Positions 1-12,798 of a stretch of DNA of 64,000 nt are shown here, in pieces. Each line of letters opens with the position of its first letter. Position 1 is the stretch's first letter. Made by a program: the position numbers and the translations under genes. Source of the stretch: Emiliania huxleyi CCMP1516 (lineage: Eukaryota); NCBI RefSeq assembly GCF_000372725.1, contig NW_005201392.1, positions 863,620 to 927,619 of the forward strand. The letters run 5' to 3'. The notes below the pieces were generated by a model that saw only the letters and a program-made list of their open reading frames with translations, ran no database searches and had not been told where the DNA came from.

Positions 1-1517
1 CGCCGCCGCCGCCTTGCTGCTCGCGCCGCCGCTGGGCGACTTTACCGCGCGCGGCGGCTTGGGCGCCTTTTGCGAGCGGGGCGAGCGGGGCGACGGCGCC
101 GCCGCGTCGCAGCGTCCGGCGGGCGCGTCGCACCTTGAGTATGGGAAGAGGGGGGGGGGGGGGAGTGCACGCCGAGTGCTCTCGTCTCTCCGCCACCTCT
201 CATAATGGGGGTGGGGTGGGGAGGAGGAGGGAGGGAAGGAGGGAGGGAGGAAGGAAGGGGAGGGGGGGGGGGGGCACCCCCGGGGCAGCATCCAAAAACA
301 CGCGGGGGACTCCGCGACAGGCTCCCTCTCCGTACCCTCGACGCCGCACCGACCACAGACGCGCGCCTGTGCGTGCCCGCCCGCCGCCTCGGCCGCCGCC
401 TCGGTCGCCCCCTCGGCCGCCGCCTGCGCCGCCGCCTCGGCCGCCACCTGCTCGTTGTAGAGCGACTGCGAGTGCAGCAGCTCGTCGGTGATCCTCCGCT
501 CGATGGGAGGGAGCAGCGTGTGGCAGCCTCGGAGCTTGACGCGGACCTACGGGACATGTCTCGGACATGTCCTCGACGTGTCCTGGACATGTGGCAGCCT
601 CGGAGCTTGACGCGGACCTCGCCCGTGTGCCGCGTCGCCCTCGCGCGCGGCTCCTCGTGCTTCCCCGACGCCTCTTGCTGCGCGCGCAGAGACGGCTTCG
701 GCTCGAGCAGCGCGGGAGAGGCAGGCAGCCCACCGGCCCCCTCCTTGCCCCCGCCCCTCCGGCCGCCCCTCGCCCCCCGCCCCCCGCTGGCGGCGGGGGG
801 CGGCAGCGGCTCGAGCCACGCAACCATCGGGATCGCATTCCGGTAGACGGCGCACTTGTGGTTGAACTGGTACAGGCAGCGCACCAGCTGGAGAGCGTCC
901 GGCGTGGCGCGCAGGTGCTGCCTCGCCCAAAAGAGGCGCGCCGCTGGGTGGACGTCCGCCTGGGTCAGCATCGCGGAGGGCACCCCTCGCCGCCTCGCCT
1001 CGGTGAGGAGGATCGCCTTCAGGTAGTTGACGAGGCGCGTCCCGTGCCCGTGTCCAGCCACCGACGGCTTTTGGTCGACAAAGATGATCTCGACGAGGAG
1101 GACTAGCAGCGGCGCCGTCTGGCAAGAGACGAGACGGAAGGTGGCGCCGCCGATGACCGAGGTGTGCTCGCGCAGCGAGATGGAGTGCGCATCGGGAGAC
1201 GCAATCAGACGCGCCAGGTGAGAGCCGGTGCGCAGACCGGGCAGGAGCCGGTCGCAGAGCGCCTTGTACTCGCGCAGGCCCTCGGAAAACTTGAAGCCCG
1301 AGTTGCGCCTGCTTTTTAGCGTGTATGCACCCGGCTGCGAGACGATGCTCATCTCGTAGCGCGGGACGACGTCCTTCGGGTCGGGCGGCGGCAGGAAGGG
1401 CGCAGCCGCCGGCGGATCCACCTCAACCTCGAGGACCCAGGGCGGCGGCGGGAGGTTGCCGTAGTCGCTGTCGTCGCTCGACGAGTGGCCCCCGTCGGCA
1501 TCGTGGGCGGATGACAT
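1..1517 (-). CDS. GCN5-like GNAT acetyltransferase, spliced; 3' end runs off the window
   Basis: VIGGATFR...IIFVDQKPSVAGHGHGTRLVNYLK resembles the GCN5 acetyl-CoA motif A. Removing intron 547-617 opens a frame to VCGRC (possible Zn finger). ATG at 1517. Confidence 0.7.
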
Positions 1518-2627
1518 GGTGGAGAGGCACGAGAGGGGATCTCTCGCGCGCAGCAATCTGTACGATGAGGCAGCGGCGGCACCGCCAGAGGACGCTAACA
1601 CGGCAGCCGCGCGTCGAAAGAGCGAAAAAAAAGTAAAAAATCTGCCCTGCGTCGTGGGCTGCGGCTAGATGCGCAGTAGCCATGCGGCGTGATCACAGTT
1701 GCACGGGACTTCATGCAGGTAACTCCGCGTGCACCTCCCAGGTTTCTCACGACAGAGGGCCCTGGCGATGGGCTCCACGCACAGAACCACAGGTCACTGC
1801 ATCGTGTATGCCACGCTCGCATCATGCCCATGCCCATTTCTCCGAATGCGAGATGGATGGTGCAGCTGCTACCGCGGGTGGAGCAGCTGCCGCCGTGGCT
1901 GTGCTCACTCTGCGCGCGAGTTGCGATGCAGGAGGTCTCGTTAAGGTGTTGCTGCGCAAAAGGGTGGGGAGCCGCGGCGGCGCCGCAGGCGCGGGCGCGC
2001 AGTGGAAGCACGCTAGCCATACACATTCACGCAGAGAAGCTGAGACGGGTCGGGGTCGTGACGGCTCGAGGCACGAGGGTGCGCACTCGCCGGATTGACC
2101 TGCGAACGGATCACGCGATGCGAAAGCACGGGCCCAGGCGCTTGCACTGGCAGCGGCAGTCCCCGTGCGCTCGACCGCCGGCAGCAGCACGAGCTTGTGT
2201 CGCACTTCTCGGAGGGGGCGCGTCCGACCACACCCCTCTCCTTAAAATCCCTGTGTGTGTGTGGTGGCGGCGTGCCGTCCTCCCATCCCTCCCTTGGGTT
2301 GTCCGTTTTCTTTCTTTTTCGCGTCCGCCCAGCGGCCAGCGTCCCCTCTTCGCACAGCGCCCGGGGAGCGAGCGTCCGCTCTGCGGCCAGCCCGCTCTCC
2401 CCGCGTGGCGACGACTGCTCTCAACACTCAAGAGACAGTTTGCATTCCCGCAGGGGCACCCCTTTTTGCACCGGCCGGCACCCCCCCCCCCCCCCCTGTG
2501 TACGCGTACATGTCTGATCCTCCTTCATGCACAGTCCAACTGTCCAAGGCCCGCCTTAGCGGTGCCCCAAACCCCCCCAGCGGAGGCCAAAAAAAACTGT
2601 GTGTGCCTTCGCTTGTTCCTATTAACA

Positions 2628-2842
2628 GGATGTTGCTGAGATCAGCAGGAGGATGTACGACGAGATTAGGAGCAGCAGGGACCCGAGGGACCATGTGGAA
2701 GACGGCTAGTGCTAGTCCCCCATCGGGAGGACGACCCCGGCTAGTCGCCGACCACACCCACAAAGAACCCTGCACAAAGACCGCAGGGCGGGGACCTGTT
2801 CCTTTTTACCCATCTCCTAGTAGAGGTGTCCGTTTTATTTAT
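2628..2842 (+). mobile_element. 5'-truncated non-LTR retroelement fragment with 12-bp target-site duplication
   Basis: ttcctattaaca at 2616-2627 and 2843-2854 flanks an ORF end (DVAEISRRMYDEIRSSRDPRDHVEDG*), a 3' UTR and a TTTA-like tail. A related 3' end lies at about 6844-6908. Confidence 0.6.
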
Positions 2843-3862
2843 TTCCTATTAACAACGAAGTCTAGCTCAAAAAAACTTCTAGACCAGCCAACACTTGTGG
2901 TCACTGCCATGCGCTACCCTGAAGCCTGAACACCCCCCCCCGGTACCCCCGAACCCACCCGCCACTTCCCCCTTCTCAACCCCTCGGGCACCTTGTGATT
3001 TTTGGGTCAAAATCGTCCCGATTTCATAATGTTCGTTCGTACGTGCATCCGCGGCGCCCAGCGCGGTGCCAGCGGCTCCCATACCTCTAAGAGGCCACCC
3101 ACCTCCGTATAGACCCTTATATCCGCGGTTTACGCCCAATAGAGGCAGCTGCAAGAGGGCCCGGACGGGCACTGCGGCACACACTGCTCGCTGCTCGGCC
3201 ATGCGGTAGCGTCCGGTGATGCCGCCCCTGCGCGGGCGGGGGCGTCTCGCTCGGCAGCAACTGCGCCGCGCAGCGCAGGTTCGAGGGTCGCGGTGGGTGG
3301 GTGCACTGGAAGACGTAGCGGTCGAGAAAGCGCTCAGCGACCGCTACGTCTCGAGGATGGAGCCGTCGCGCGGACCCGACCGGCCGACCGGCAGTAGCAG
3401 CAGGCGCCGGAGGGCGCGGGAGGCAGCGGCGACACCTCGGGCCAGAAGCGCGAGCCCTAGGCTGGTGAGGGGGCCCGCTCATGCGTAAACGGCTCTGGGA
3501 CTTAGCTAAATCGCGCATCGAAATCGGGACGATTTTGCCAGGGCACCGTCACAAGGTGATGTCCGCCCCCGCAAGTCGGGCGCAGAACCGACACCGAGGG
3601 CGGGCGCAGAAACTCCGTCTGCGTCGCTCCTCCACGCTTGCAGGGCCAGGCTGCGTCGCAGCTCCACCCAAAAACGAATTCCACTCCGAACCGGGGGACC
3701 ACGCAGGGCGCAGCACCTGCAAAAGAAATCCCAATAGCGAAGCAGGGATAGCCGTTGAGGAGAAAGGGCGCAATATATCTTTCTTGATAGCCCCGCGGTA
3801 TCCGGCCCCTCCGCACAATTATTCGTTGTTCGTTCGGCGCCGACCGCCGTCACGGGCCACTG

Positions 3863-4498
3863 CTATAGGTCGCCCCCCGCCGACACCTTGGGCCTCTCCT
3901 TCCCGAGGTCGCAGATGACCAGGATCTCGACGACGGGCGCGACGACCACGACCGCCAGCGAGACAATGAGGAGCACCCACAGGAAGGCGTTCGGCCCTGC
4001 GCTTGGCTCATAGGGCGCAAAGGGAGGCTGCGGCGGCCAGGACGGTGGGTACGGAGCCTGGGGCGGCCAGGCGGGCATCGGCGAGGAGGGAGGCGACCCC
4101 TCCCCTGGTGGTGGCGCCGGCGGGGACGGCGGCGCCGGGGGCGCCTCCTTCCACTGTTCTCTCACGACGAAGATGATGAGGTAGATGGTTGCGGCGATGG
4201 GGATGAGTCGGCAGACGAGGGCGCTGATGAGGTACCTGCGTCGCGCCGCGCTGTCCTGTGGCCGGCAGCACATTCCTGAGCCCGGTCCGGCGGACAGTAA
4301 GCCAGCGATGATCATGGCAACGGATGCGATGACTCCCGGCGCCGTTAGATTGGCGATGTTGGTGTCCTGCGTCCAAACCCATCCCGCCCACGCGAGGACG
4401 AGAGAGTAGACGAGAGCGAGAAGCCCCCATAAAACAGTCGCCACCCCGAGAGCGGCGAGGAGGACCTCCTTACACCCCAAGCCCGAGCAGCCCATCAC
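3863..4498 (-). CDS. Hypothetical multi-pass membrane protein with a Pro-rich loop
   Basis: 211-aa ORF with about 4 hydrophobic segments and a PPAPPSPPAPPP linker. Confidence 0.6.
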   Translation of the reverse strand: MMGCSGLGCKEVLLAALGVATVLWGLLALVYSLVLAWAGWVWTQDTNIANLTAPGVIASVAMIIAGLLSAGPGSGMCCRPQDSAARRRYLISALVCRLIPIAATIYLIIFVVREQWKEAPPAPPSPPAPPPGEGSPPSSPMPAWPPQAPYPPSWPPQPPFAPYEPSAGPNAFLWVLLIVSLAVVVVAPVVEILVICDLGKERPKVSAGGDL

Positions 4499-5343
4499 AA
4501 AGCCACTCTCCGGTACCTAGCTAGGTACCAGGTAGCGCTCTGCTCACACGCGGCTCGCACGCGTAGAGCAGGGGTAGCCGGGAAAGGAGGTCGGCTTTTC
4601 TTTCGCTGCACAGTAGTGTTTTGTTTTTTAATTTTAGGAAAGCGGCGAGTCGCAATTCCCGGGTGGGGTCCTTGTGGCGGACCACCCTGTCCAGAGAGGC
4701 ATGGATGCCAATCTGGGGTCTTTCGACCGAGTCTAGCTGTGTTGAGAAGAAAATACTACACGTGCACACTTGGGGACGCTGTGTGCGGGGCGGGCCCCTG
4801 CACACAACTGCCCAGGGACGACGGCAAGAAACCCAAGGGTGAAGTGAAACGAGTGGGGGGGAAATCTGTGAGTCGAAGTGCGAAGCACACTCATTGGGTG
4901 AAAGGCAGAGTTTGTCCCTACCTACTCACGCCAGTGTTCAGAAAACCCGGCGCCCCCCCCTCCCCGTGATTGCTGCCGGCGTGCGGCGTGGCCTTCTTTC
5001 GCAATTTCTTTCGCGGGTTGACGAGCCCTCGAGTGGGTGGCGTGCGCTGCGACCGACGATCCGGCGGCATGGGCGGCGCCGCCTGCGCCGACGGCTCCGA
5101 CTGACCGACCGACGCGCACGGGCACGCACGCAGCCTGCGCGGCCTGCGCGGCGTTGCACGCCAGGCCTCTCTGTGCTCTCATCACTCGTCTTGTGACGCG
5201 TCCGACATGCCCTAGTGCTAGATGTGTGGTCCGACCGAATCGGGCATCCAGGGACTTGCCGCGCGGAATGCGGCGCTTTCCCCACCGAGAACGCGAGATC
5301 GCGATCGCGTAAAACTTAGAACGCACGCGGCCGTGCACATAGA

Positions 5344-6558
5344 ATGCTGCGAGTCGTCGCCGCCCTCGCACTTGCGTCCTCGATTGTCGGCGCGACGCCC
5401 ACTGAGGCGCGCCCCGCGCTCGTGCGCGGCGGCGGCAGCGGCGTGCGCGCGAGCGCGAACGGGACTCCTTTGCCGCTTACGGCATCACCCAAGCGCTCAA
5501 AGCTTCTTGCTGCGGCACCAACGCCCTCCGGCGGGTTTGACGTGTCTCTTCTCCTCTACTTTGTGTTTTGGTACGTTGGCAACGCCATCTACAATATGTA
5601 CAACACCATGGCGCTCAAGGCAGTCGGTGGCAAGCACGGCGGCCTCACGATGACCGTGTCGACGTTGCAACTTGGCATATGCTCTATCTACGCCGGCATG
5701 CTCTGGCTGAGCAAGGTCAATCCCATCAAGCTTCTCGGTCTGCAGAAGCCGGAAAAAATGCTTCTGCCAAAGACGACGAAAGAGGATCTGGTCGCGACGC
5801 TTCCCGTCGGCTTCTGCGCCGCTGCGGCGCACTCTGCCGGAGTCTTCTGCCTCGGCGCCGACCCGCTCTTCGGGCAGATTGTGAAGGCGGGCGAGCCGGT
5901 GATGTCCGCGTTTGTCAACACCTTCTTCTACGGCAAGCCGCCCAGCCTCGCCAAGGTGTTCTGTCTCTTCTTCATCGTCGCCGGCGTCGGGTTCGCCTCG
6001 CTCAAGAAGGGCCTCGACGGCGCCTACAAGCTCAAGTTTGACGAGCGCGCGCTGATCTTTGGCATGATTGGCAACTCGTTCGCCGCCTTTAAGGGCTCGG
6101 AGAACAAGAAACTGATGACCAAGCCAGGTCTCAAGGACCGGATGGGCGGTGTCGCCAACCAATTCGCGCTCACCGAGCTGATAGGCTTCTTCATCTCCGT
6201 CCCGGTGATGGTCGCCACAGAGTGGAAGAAGTTCCCAGAGTTTTTCCGGCTGCTTGGATCCTCCAAGGAGCTGCAGGTCGGGCTGGTGCTCTCGGGAATG
6301 TCCTTTTACCTCTACAACGAGCTCGCCACGATGACCATCAAGAAGACCGGCGCCGTCACCGCCTCTGTCGCCAACACCGCCAAGCGCGTGATTGTGCTTA
6401 TCTTCATGTCGGCGGTTACGGGCAAAGCCCTCTCCGACGAGCAAAAGATTGGGGCAACCATCGCCATTGCATTCGTGATGCTCTACTCGGTCATCGACGA
6501 CCTCGTCAAGAAATTCAAATCTTCCTTTGTCGAAAAGGTGAAAGCGAAAATTCGCTAA
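5344..6558 (+). CDS. Plastid triose-phosphate/phosphate translocator family protein with signal-peptide-led presequence
   Basis: Intronless 404-aa ORF. LYFVFWYVGNAIYNMYN, IVKAGEP, FYLYNEL and NTAKRV are TPT-family motifs. Hydrophobic N-terminus MLRVVAALALASSIVGA. Confidence 0.9.
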   Translation: MLRVVAALALASSIVGATPTEARPALVRGGGSGVRASANGTPLPLTASPKRSKLLAAAPTPSGGFDVSLLLYFVFWYVGNAIYNMYNTMALKAVGGKHGGLTMTVSTLQLGICSIYAGMLWLSKVNPIKLLGLQKPEKMLLPKTTKEDLVATLPVGFCAAAAHSAGVFCLGADPLFGQIVKAGEPVMSAFVNTFFYGKPPSLAKVFCLFFIVAGVGFASLKKGLDGAYKLKFDERALIFGMIGNSFAAFKGSENKKLMTKPGLKDRMGGVANQFALTELIGFFISVPVMVATEWKKFPEFFRLLGSSKELQVGLVLSGMSFYLYNELATMTIKKTGAVTASVANTAKRVIVLIFMSAVTGKALSDEQKIGATIAIAFVMLYSVIDDLVKKFKSSFVEKVKAKIR

Positions 6559-6962
6559 AAGGGCGTGAGGATACTTCGTCCCGCAGGCTGCAGCGGGGGT
6601 TGCGAGGTGCGGGGGCCCACGGGGTGCGGAGGTGAGGGGGCGGGGCTTCTCCACCTCTTGCCCCGCTGCCGTGCGATGAGTGGAGAGAAGTAAGGTGAGG
6701 ATCGGGAAACGAAAACCTCTGTCCTCGTCCTACAATCATGCTCCCAAAATGTCCGCTCTCATACACGCATCGCGGGTTTTCGCCGCGCGCTTCTCGTGCA
6801 AGGCTAGTATCCGACCCACGGCCTCTGAAAGATTCCGTTCCGTAAAGACCGCAGGGCGGGTTAAGTCCCTCATTTACCCATCTCTAAGTGAGAGGGTTCT
6901 CTCCGTTCTTTTTGGATGCTTGTATCGTATAAGAAAGAGCATGCACAATGTATATCCCATGA

Positions 6963-8908
6963 CTACTGCTCTCCACAAACCTCAGAAGGCTCCGCCGGCG
7001 CCGCGGCCGCTGCTCCTCCGCCTCCCACCTCCGGCGCCACCGATCTCTGAGAGGCCTCAAGCTGCCTCGCTATGGACGAGAGCGTCGCCTCGTAGTGGGC
7101 CTCGCACCGCTCCAGGCGCTTACCGCTCCGGCCTCGGCAAAGGAGCCGCCACGCGCGCGCCGAGCCGCTGACCATAGAGCGGAAGGCGCGGTCCTCCAGA
7201 TCGCCGGTCGGCGTCGCGCCCTGCGGGCCGCCGCCAGCAGGTAGCTCCTCGAGGCGGAGCGCCTCGCGAGCCTTGTACATGGCAAAGACAACCTCGAGGA
7301 CAAGATCCGCCGACGTCCACTCGCCATCAAAGTCCTCCGGCACGTGGAAGGACGAGAGCGGTCTCCAGCCCGCCGCCCACGAGGTGGCGATGGGGTGGAG
7401 GAAGAGAGCCGGGTGGCGATTGGCCTTGCTAACGTTCCAGAGCAGCTCCTCGCTCCACACGCCCCGGTCCGAGTAGTCCAACTCGATGGTGATTGCGGCG
7501 GCGGCGGAACTGCTTGGCAGGCCGCCGAGCGCGTCGGCAATCCAGGGCTTGGGCACCTCCTCGAGGTAGGTGGCGCTGCCATCGGCGGCGAGGAGGACAA
7601 CGTCAACGAGGATGCCGTTCATCTGGTACAGCCCCGAAGCGTCCTGCACGCGCCCCAGCCCGTGCTCAAGGGCGGCCTCGAAGCCGCCAAACCGCCTCCT
7701 CGGCCAGGGAACCCCAAAGGAGCGCTGCTGCAGGTAGCGTATCTGCGCGCGGATCAGATAGCGGAAGCCATGGATGAAACCGCCAGCCGACTGGCGGTAA
7801 TCGACCGAGTGCATGAGGACGCCCGCGTACAGCTTGCCCGCCGTGCGCAGGTCCTCCCAGAAGGGGCCCACGGGTGGGAATTTGCCCCTTCCTACGCCGT
7901 CGCCGGCCGGTACGAGCCCGGGCCGCTGCGTCGTGAAGCCCCCGGCAAAAATCGCAACCCGCTCCGGCCGGATCGGGTCAGCAGGCGAGTCGCGGTAGAA
8001 CTCATGGTATGGGCTCGCACACGCACCCTCCTCCCTCCGCACCGGGGGCTCGGGCGGCCCTTGTTCCCTCCTCCAGCCGCGACTCCTTTCGAGCGTCTCG
8101 CGAAAGCTCCCAGGCCAAGGCATCTGGCCGGCGCCGTCGGGGCCCTGGTCGATGAGGAAACGGTCGCGCATGCCCGTCAGCTGCCCAAGGCTCTTGAGCT
8201 GGTAGCGGTCCAGGATGCCCGCGTTGTGCACTCGCACGTCACCGACGTAGTGCGTGAGGAAGGAGAATCGTGGCCGGTGTTTGTAGACGAGGTTCGTCGA
8301 GTGTGCGCACGCGGAGAGGAGGTCGGCCGTCTCGAAGGCGGAGTTGCCGCTCCCAAAGACGAACGCCGCCTTGCCGCGGCAAAACTCAGGCGCCTCGCCC
8401 GGACGCGCGGCCCGCAGCTCCTCGGCCGGGAAGGTCTCGTACGTAAAAACGCGGAAGCGGGAGGGCGCGCGGAGGCAAGCCGGAATCTCGCGGTGGCGGT
8501 AGCCAGTCGCCACGATGATGTGGTCGCCGCTCCAGGCCCGGCCATCGGCCGTTTTCACCACGTGCGACCCGTCGGCTCGGCGCGCTGTGCTCGTCACGGA
8601 GGCGTTGTAGACTACATCGAGGCCCCGCGCGATGCTGTGGAGGTAACGAACCAGGTCGTCGGCGTCGGGATACCACGACGACGAGAACTCGGGGAAGGAT
8701 TGCTCGGCGCTCAGTAGCGAGTGCCAATCGTGGCGCAGCGCCCACTCTGTGCTCTTTCCCCGCCCGTTGTTTGGCCGGTTGGCAGAGATGAGGCGCCGAT
8801 TGCGTGGGTACCTCGAGAAGAAGAGGCCAGCCTCTGCGCCCGCCTGAAGTGAGGTGAGGTAGGACTGGACATCAGTATTCACCGTCACTCCATGCTCGAG
8901 GCAGATTG

Positions 8909-8949
<41 letters not shown>

Positions 8950-9056
8950 CGTTGCGCCTCGAGAAGGACATATGAGCAATTCGCGCTTCTCAGCAGCGTG
9001 GCAGACTGAAGCCCCGCGGCGCCGGCACCGACTATCACAAAGTCGTGGTGCCGCAT
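6963..9056 (-). CDS. FAD-dependent oxidoreductase, FOXRED2/ERFAD-like
   Basis: GAGAAG Rossmann motif; FFSRYPRNRRLISANR...LRHDWHSLL; second motif GSGNSAFE; THYVGDVR; SAGGFIHGFRY. Probable in-frame intron containing (CA)n near 8845-8955. Confidence 0.85.
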
Positions 9057-9205
9057 ACACTACTGCGCGCGATTGCCCTCACCGTACCTGGACCGTGCTC
9101 AGCGTGCACAGGTCGTGCCTGCACTGTAGCGGGGACGTACGCCCGATGGTCCGCGGCAATCGTTTCGATCAACTCTCCGACGGGATATCGGCACCGCGTC
9201 GGGAG

Positions 9206-10114
9206 ATGATGTGGTTGGTCGCGACGGCTGCGCCCGCGCAGGCCAGGCGCCGCCTTCCCGAGGAAGACCATGGACGCACGGTCGAGTTCCCCGTCGGCAC
9301 ACGCGGCGAGACGCTCTACAAGCGGCCACCATTTGAGAGGCATCGCAAGCTACAGGATGTTGCTTCTGACTACACGTTTTGCGGTCTCAACACCGAGGAT
9401 TACTCAGTCTGCGCAGGCCAAGTGCACGTGCAGCCTGGAGAGACGGAGAGTGAGGCAAAAATTATGTGGACGGGTCCGATGAGCCAAAACAAGGTTCACG
9501 TTCAGTGCGGCGACGAGGCGCGCCAGCTGCGTATTTGTGATGGACAAATGGACTGTTGTCCCCGTGCCTTCCCCTAGCACCCCCGTCCACTGTGCAGACG
9601 AGTAGAACTCTCCGTTGGGCAATGAAGCAGCGACGGTTTATTACCCAAGCACCCCCTGCATCCGTTGTAGACGGACGCGACTGAGTATGCGGCGACGAGC
9701 TTCACCTACTCGATGGCGATGGCTCCCGAGATGGAGATCCTCACCGGAGCCAGCAGCTACGGCACGCCAGCGCTCACGGGCCTTCCCGCGCGTCCCGACG
9801 ACCCTAGCGCCACCGACCCTCCCCACTGCAGGCATGGGCAAGCCGACCCTCTTCCCCGGGGAACCAGAGGAGGGCGAGGCGTGGCTCTTTAACCTGCAGA
9901 CCACCCAGACCGAAGACATGGACGCGTGGCCGAATAAGATGCCGTGGGCGCCGTTCAACCGCGCCGACCCCGCCAATCTGCCGGACGATGACGACGAGGA
10001 CGACCTCCCAGGACTCGCGCCTCACCACTGGGACAAACCATTCTATTACAAGGCGCTCCCCCTCCCCTCCTTCCCCGCCCCCCCATCGCCATCCCCCCCC
10101 AAACACACACCCCG

Positions 10115-10186
<72 letters not shown>

Positions 10187-12130
10187 CCAACACCACCACC
10201 ACCACCACCACCAACACCACCACCACCACCAGGTCACCGAGACGATTGGAAGTATCACCGGCTCTTACTACCAGTCGCCGATGATCTTCACAGCGACGGG
10301 GGGGGCGCCACCGAACGGTACCCCTCCCCCCCCCCCCCCGCCTCTCTCCCCTAGACTAGATTAGATTAGAGTCGAGCTCGTCGGAGTGGTGTCTCGCCCT
10401 CTCGCCCTCTTCCCCACGGCACACACCCTCCCATTCGCAGCCAAGTGCAAGTACGCCATCCCCGACCTCCACGCTCGCCGTCGTCTCCAAGACCCGTCGG
10501 TCATCGAGGACTACCCGTACGAGTTTCTTCAGCCTCCCGCACCGGGGCAGGTCTACCCATACAAACTGGGCCTGGCGGCGGACATCGGTCAGACGAGCCT
10601 CTCTGAGAAGAACATGAACGTGCTGATTGAGGGCCTCGACGGGCTGGAGAATAATCCCGTTTTCCTCCTGGGGGGCGACCTGTCGTACGCCGACGGCTTC
10701 AACCCTCGTTGGGATACCTGGTCCATGATGTTTGAGCCGCTCATCTCCAAGGTTCAAATGCTCACGTGCCCCGGTAACCACGAGGTGCGTCTGCCGACAC
10801 ATCTCGGCAGCCAGCCACAACCTTGCCATTATTCCGCCACCTCGCCACAACCGTCGCAGGTGTCGTCGAGCGAGCAGTTTGTGAACTACGACGCGCGCTT
10901 CCCCACACCGTACAAGGCGTCCGGCTCGACCTCTCCGCACTGGTTTTCCAAGGAGGTCGGCCCCGTCCACGTCATCTCCCTCTGCTCATACTGCGCCACG
11001 CACCCGGGCTCGTGGCAGTACGAATGGCTTGTCAGCGACTTCGAGTCGATCGACCGCGAGAAGACTCCGTGGGTCATCGTCATGACGCATGCGCCGTGGT
11101 ACAACTCGAACTCCGCGCACCAGGGCGAGGCGGAGCCGCATCGCGTGGACATGGAGGAGCTCCTGTACGACAACGGCGTCGACATTTTCATGAACGGGCA
11201 CGTGCACTCGTACGAGCGCTCCATCGGTGTGTACAACGGCTGCCTCAACGAGTGCGCACCCAACTTTATCACCCTCGGCGACGGAGGCAACTACGAGGGC
11301 ACCTACTACAACTGGATCCAGCCGCCGCCGTGGTCGGTGGTGCGCGAGTCGTCCTTCGGTGTGGCATTCCTGGAGATCGAGAATGCGACACACGCGTACT
11401 GGAATTGGACGAGGCAGGGCTGCGAGAAGGGCCCCGTCCCTGGCACCGACCAGGCCATCTCGGTCCTAGACGATGGGCCGCCCGACTGGGCCATCGACCT
11501 CGACCCCGAGTGCGAGGGCATGCTGGGCGGCGAATGGTCGACCGACCGCTTTTCCGCAGACCGCACGTGGATCGTTCGCCCCGAGCCCTCCAAGCGCAAG
11601 CCAGCGGCCAACTCCGCCTGTCCCGCCAAAAACGACGCGCCTTGCACTTTCCCGCCGTACCCGCCAGCCCCGCCACCGCCGCCTGACCCACCCCCGGCCC
11701 CGCCGGCCCCGCCCCCGCGGCAGCACCCCACTTGCAATCCCGGAGACCCGCCCTGCCTTCCGCGAAACCCGCCCTACACGTGCATGTGCGTCAAGCCGGG
11801 CGGCCCCTCGCGGCGCAACATGCTCTTCGGCCCCATCCCGCCACCGGACGACGGCGACTGCTACTGCCTCCCGCCGCTCGACGAGATCCCTATGGGGGAA
11901 CTAGCGGTCACGCATTTCTCGGACGATCCGCGAGAGAACCAGTGCGCCCCTGCCAGCCTCTCGGCGAAAACCTCGCGGTCAAGAGCCCCATTTTTCGCCC
12001 CGCCACCTGCAGGCTACTGCACCGCATGGCCGCCAAGTACGACCACAAGAAGAAAGCCTGCCTGGATGCAATCAAGGACTCCATCGCCGTTGGCGAGAAC
12101 CCGCTCGAGAGCATGCTGGGCTCCTGCTGA
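9206..12130 (+). CDS. Purple acid phosphatase (metallophosphoesterase), spliced, with Pro/Cys-rich C-terminal extension
   Basis: All five PAP motifs are present: ADIG, GDLSY, GNHE, VMTH, GHVH. Start codon uncertain (9146 or 9206). Confidence 0.88.
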
Positions 12131-12798
12131 GGTAGGTGGGCGCGGCGCATGCGGCGCTGGGGGTGGCGCTGGCCCAAAGCAAAAGTGTTGGGCCGTTGCG
12201 AGCCGGCAAGCTCTGCCGCGTCTCGGCCTCTCTCCGCTCTTTCAGATCCCGCGCCGCCCCCGGGCCGCCGGGGACAGATAAGTGTGTCTACCGCGCTGCA
12301 CACACACGCGCGCGAGCCGCGAGCACACTCGAATCTCGATTGCGCAAGGTCGCGTAAAAACTATGTGACGCCAATCCTTTTTTGCACACAGTTTGGAAGA
12401 GTGTGGCCTAGGCGGGTAGGCCTAGGCGTGGGTGGCGCGCGCGCGTCCCTTGCGTTTTTACTCTAGTGTAGCTGTCTCGTGACTCGTTTGAGAATGCCCC
12501 CCGCGCCCCACAGCCCCGCGCGAACACACACGGGGCGCGGTCGGGGCTCTGGCGAGCGGCGTCCGCGGACACCGCGCAAACCCTCGCCGTGAACCCTCGC
12601 CGTGCCCCCGCCGCCCCCATGCACGTCCACGGCTCTCGTTCCACCGACTCACTCACAGGGCCCAAATCGCCAGCAAAGGATTTGCCCCGCCCCCTCGGGT
12701 GCAGCCCGCCACCACCCCGCAGGAGCACCACTGCGTCGCTGCCTGCTCTTGCCGCCGTCCCCACTGCCCCACCCGCTTCATCCGCAGCGAGCAGGCCG

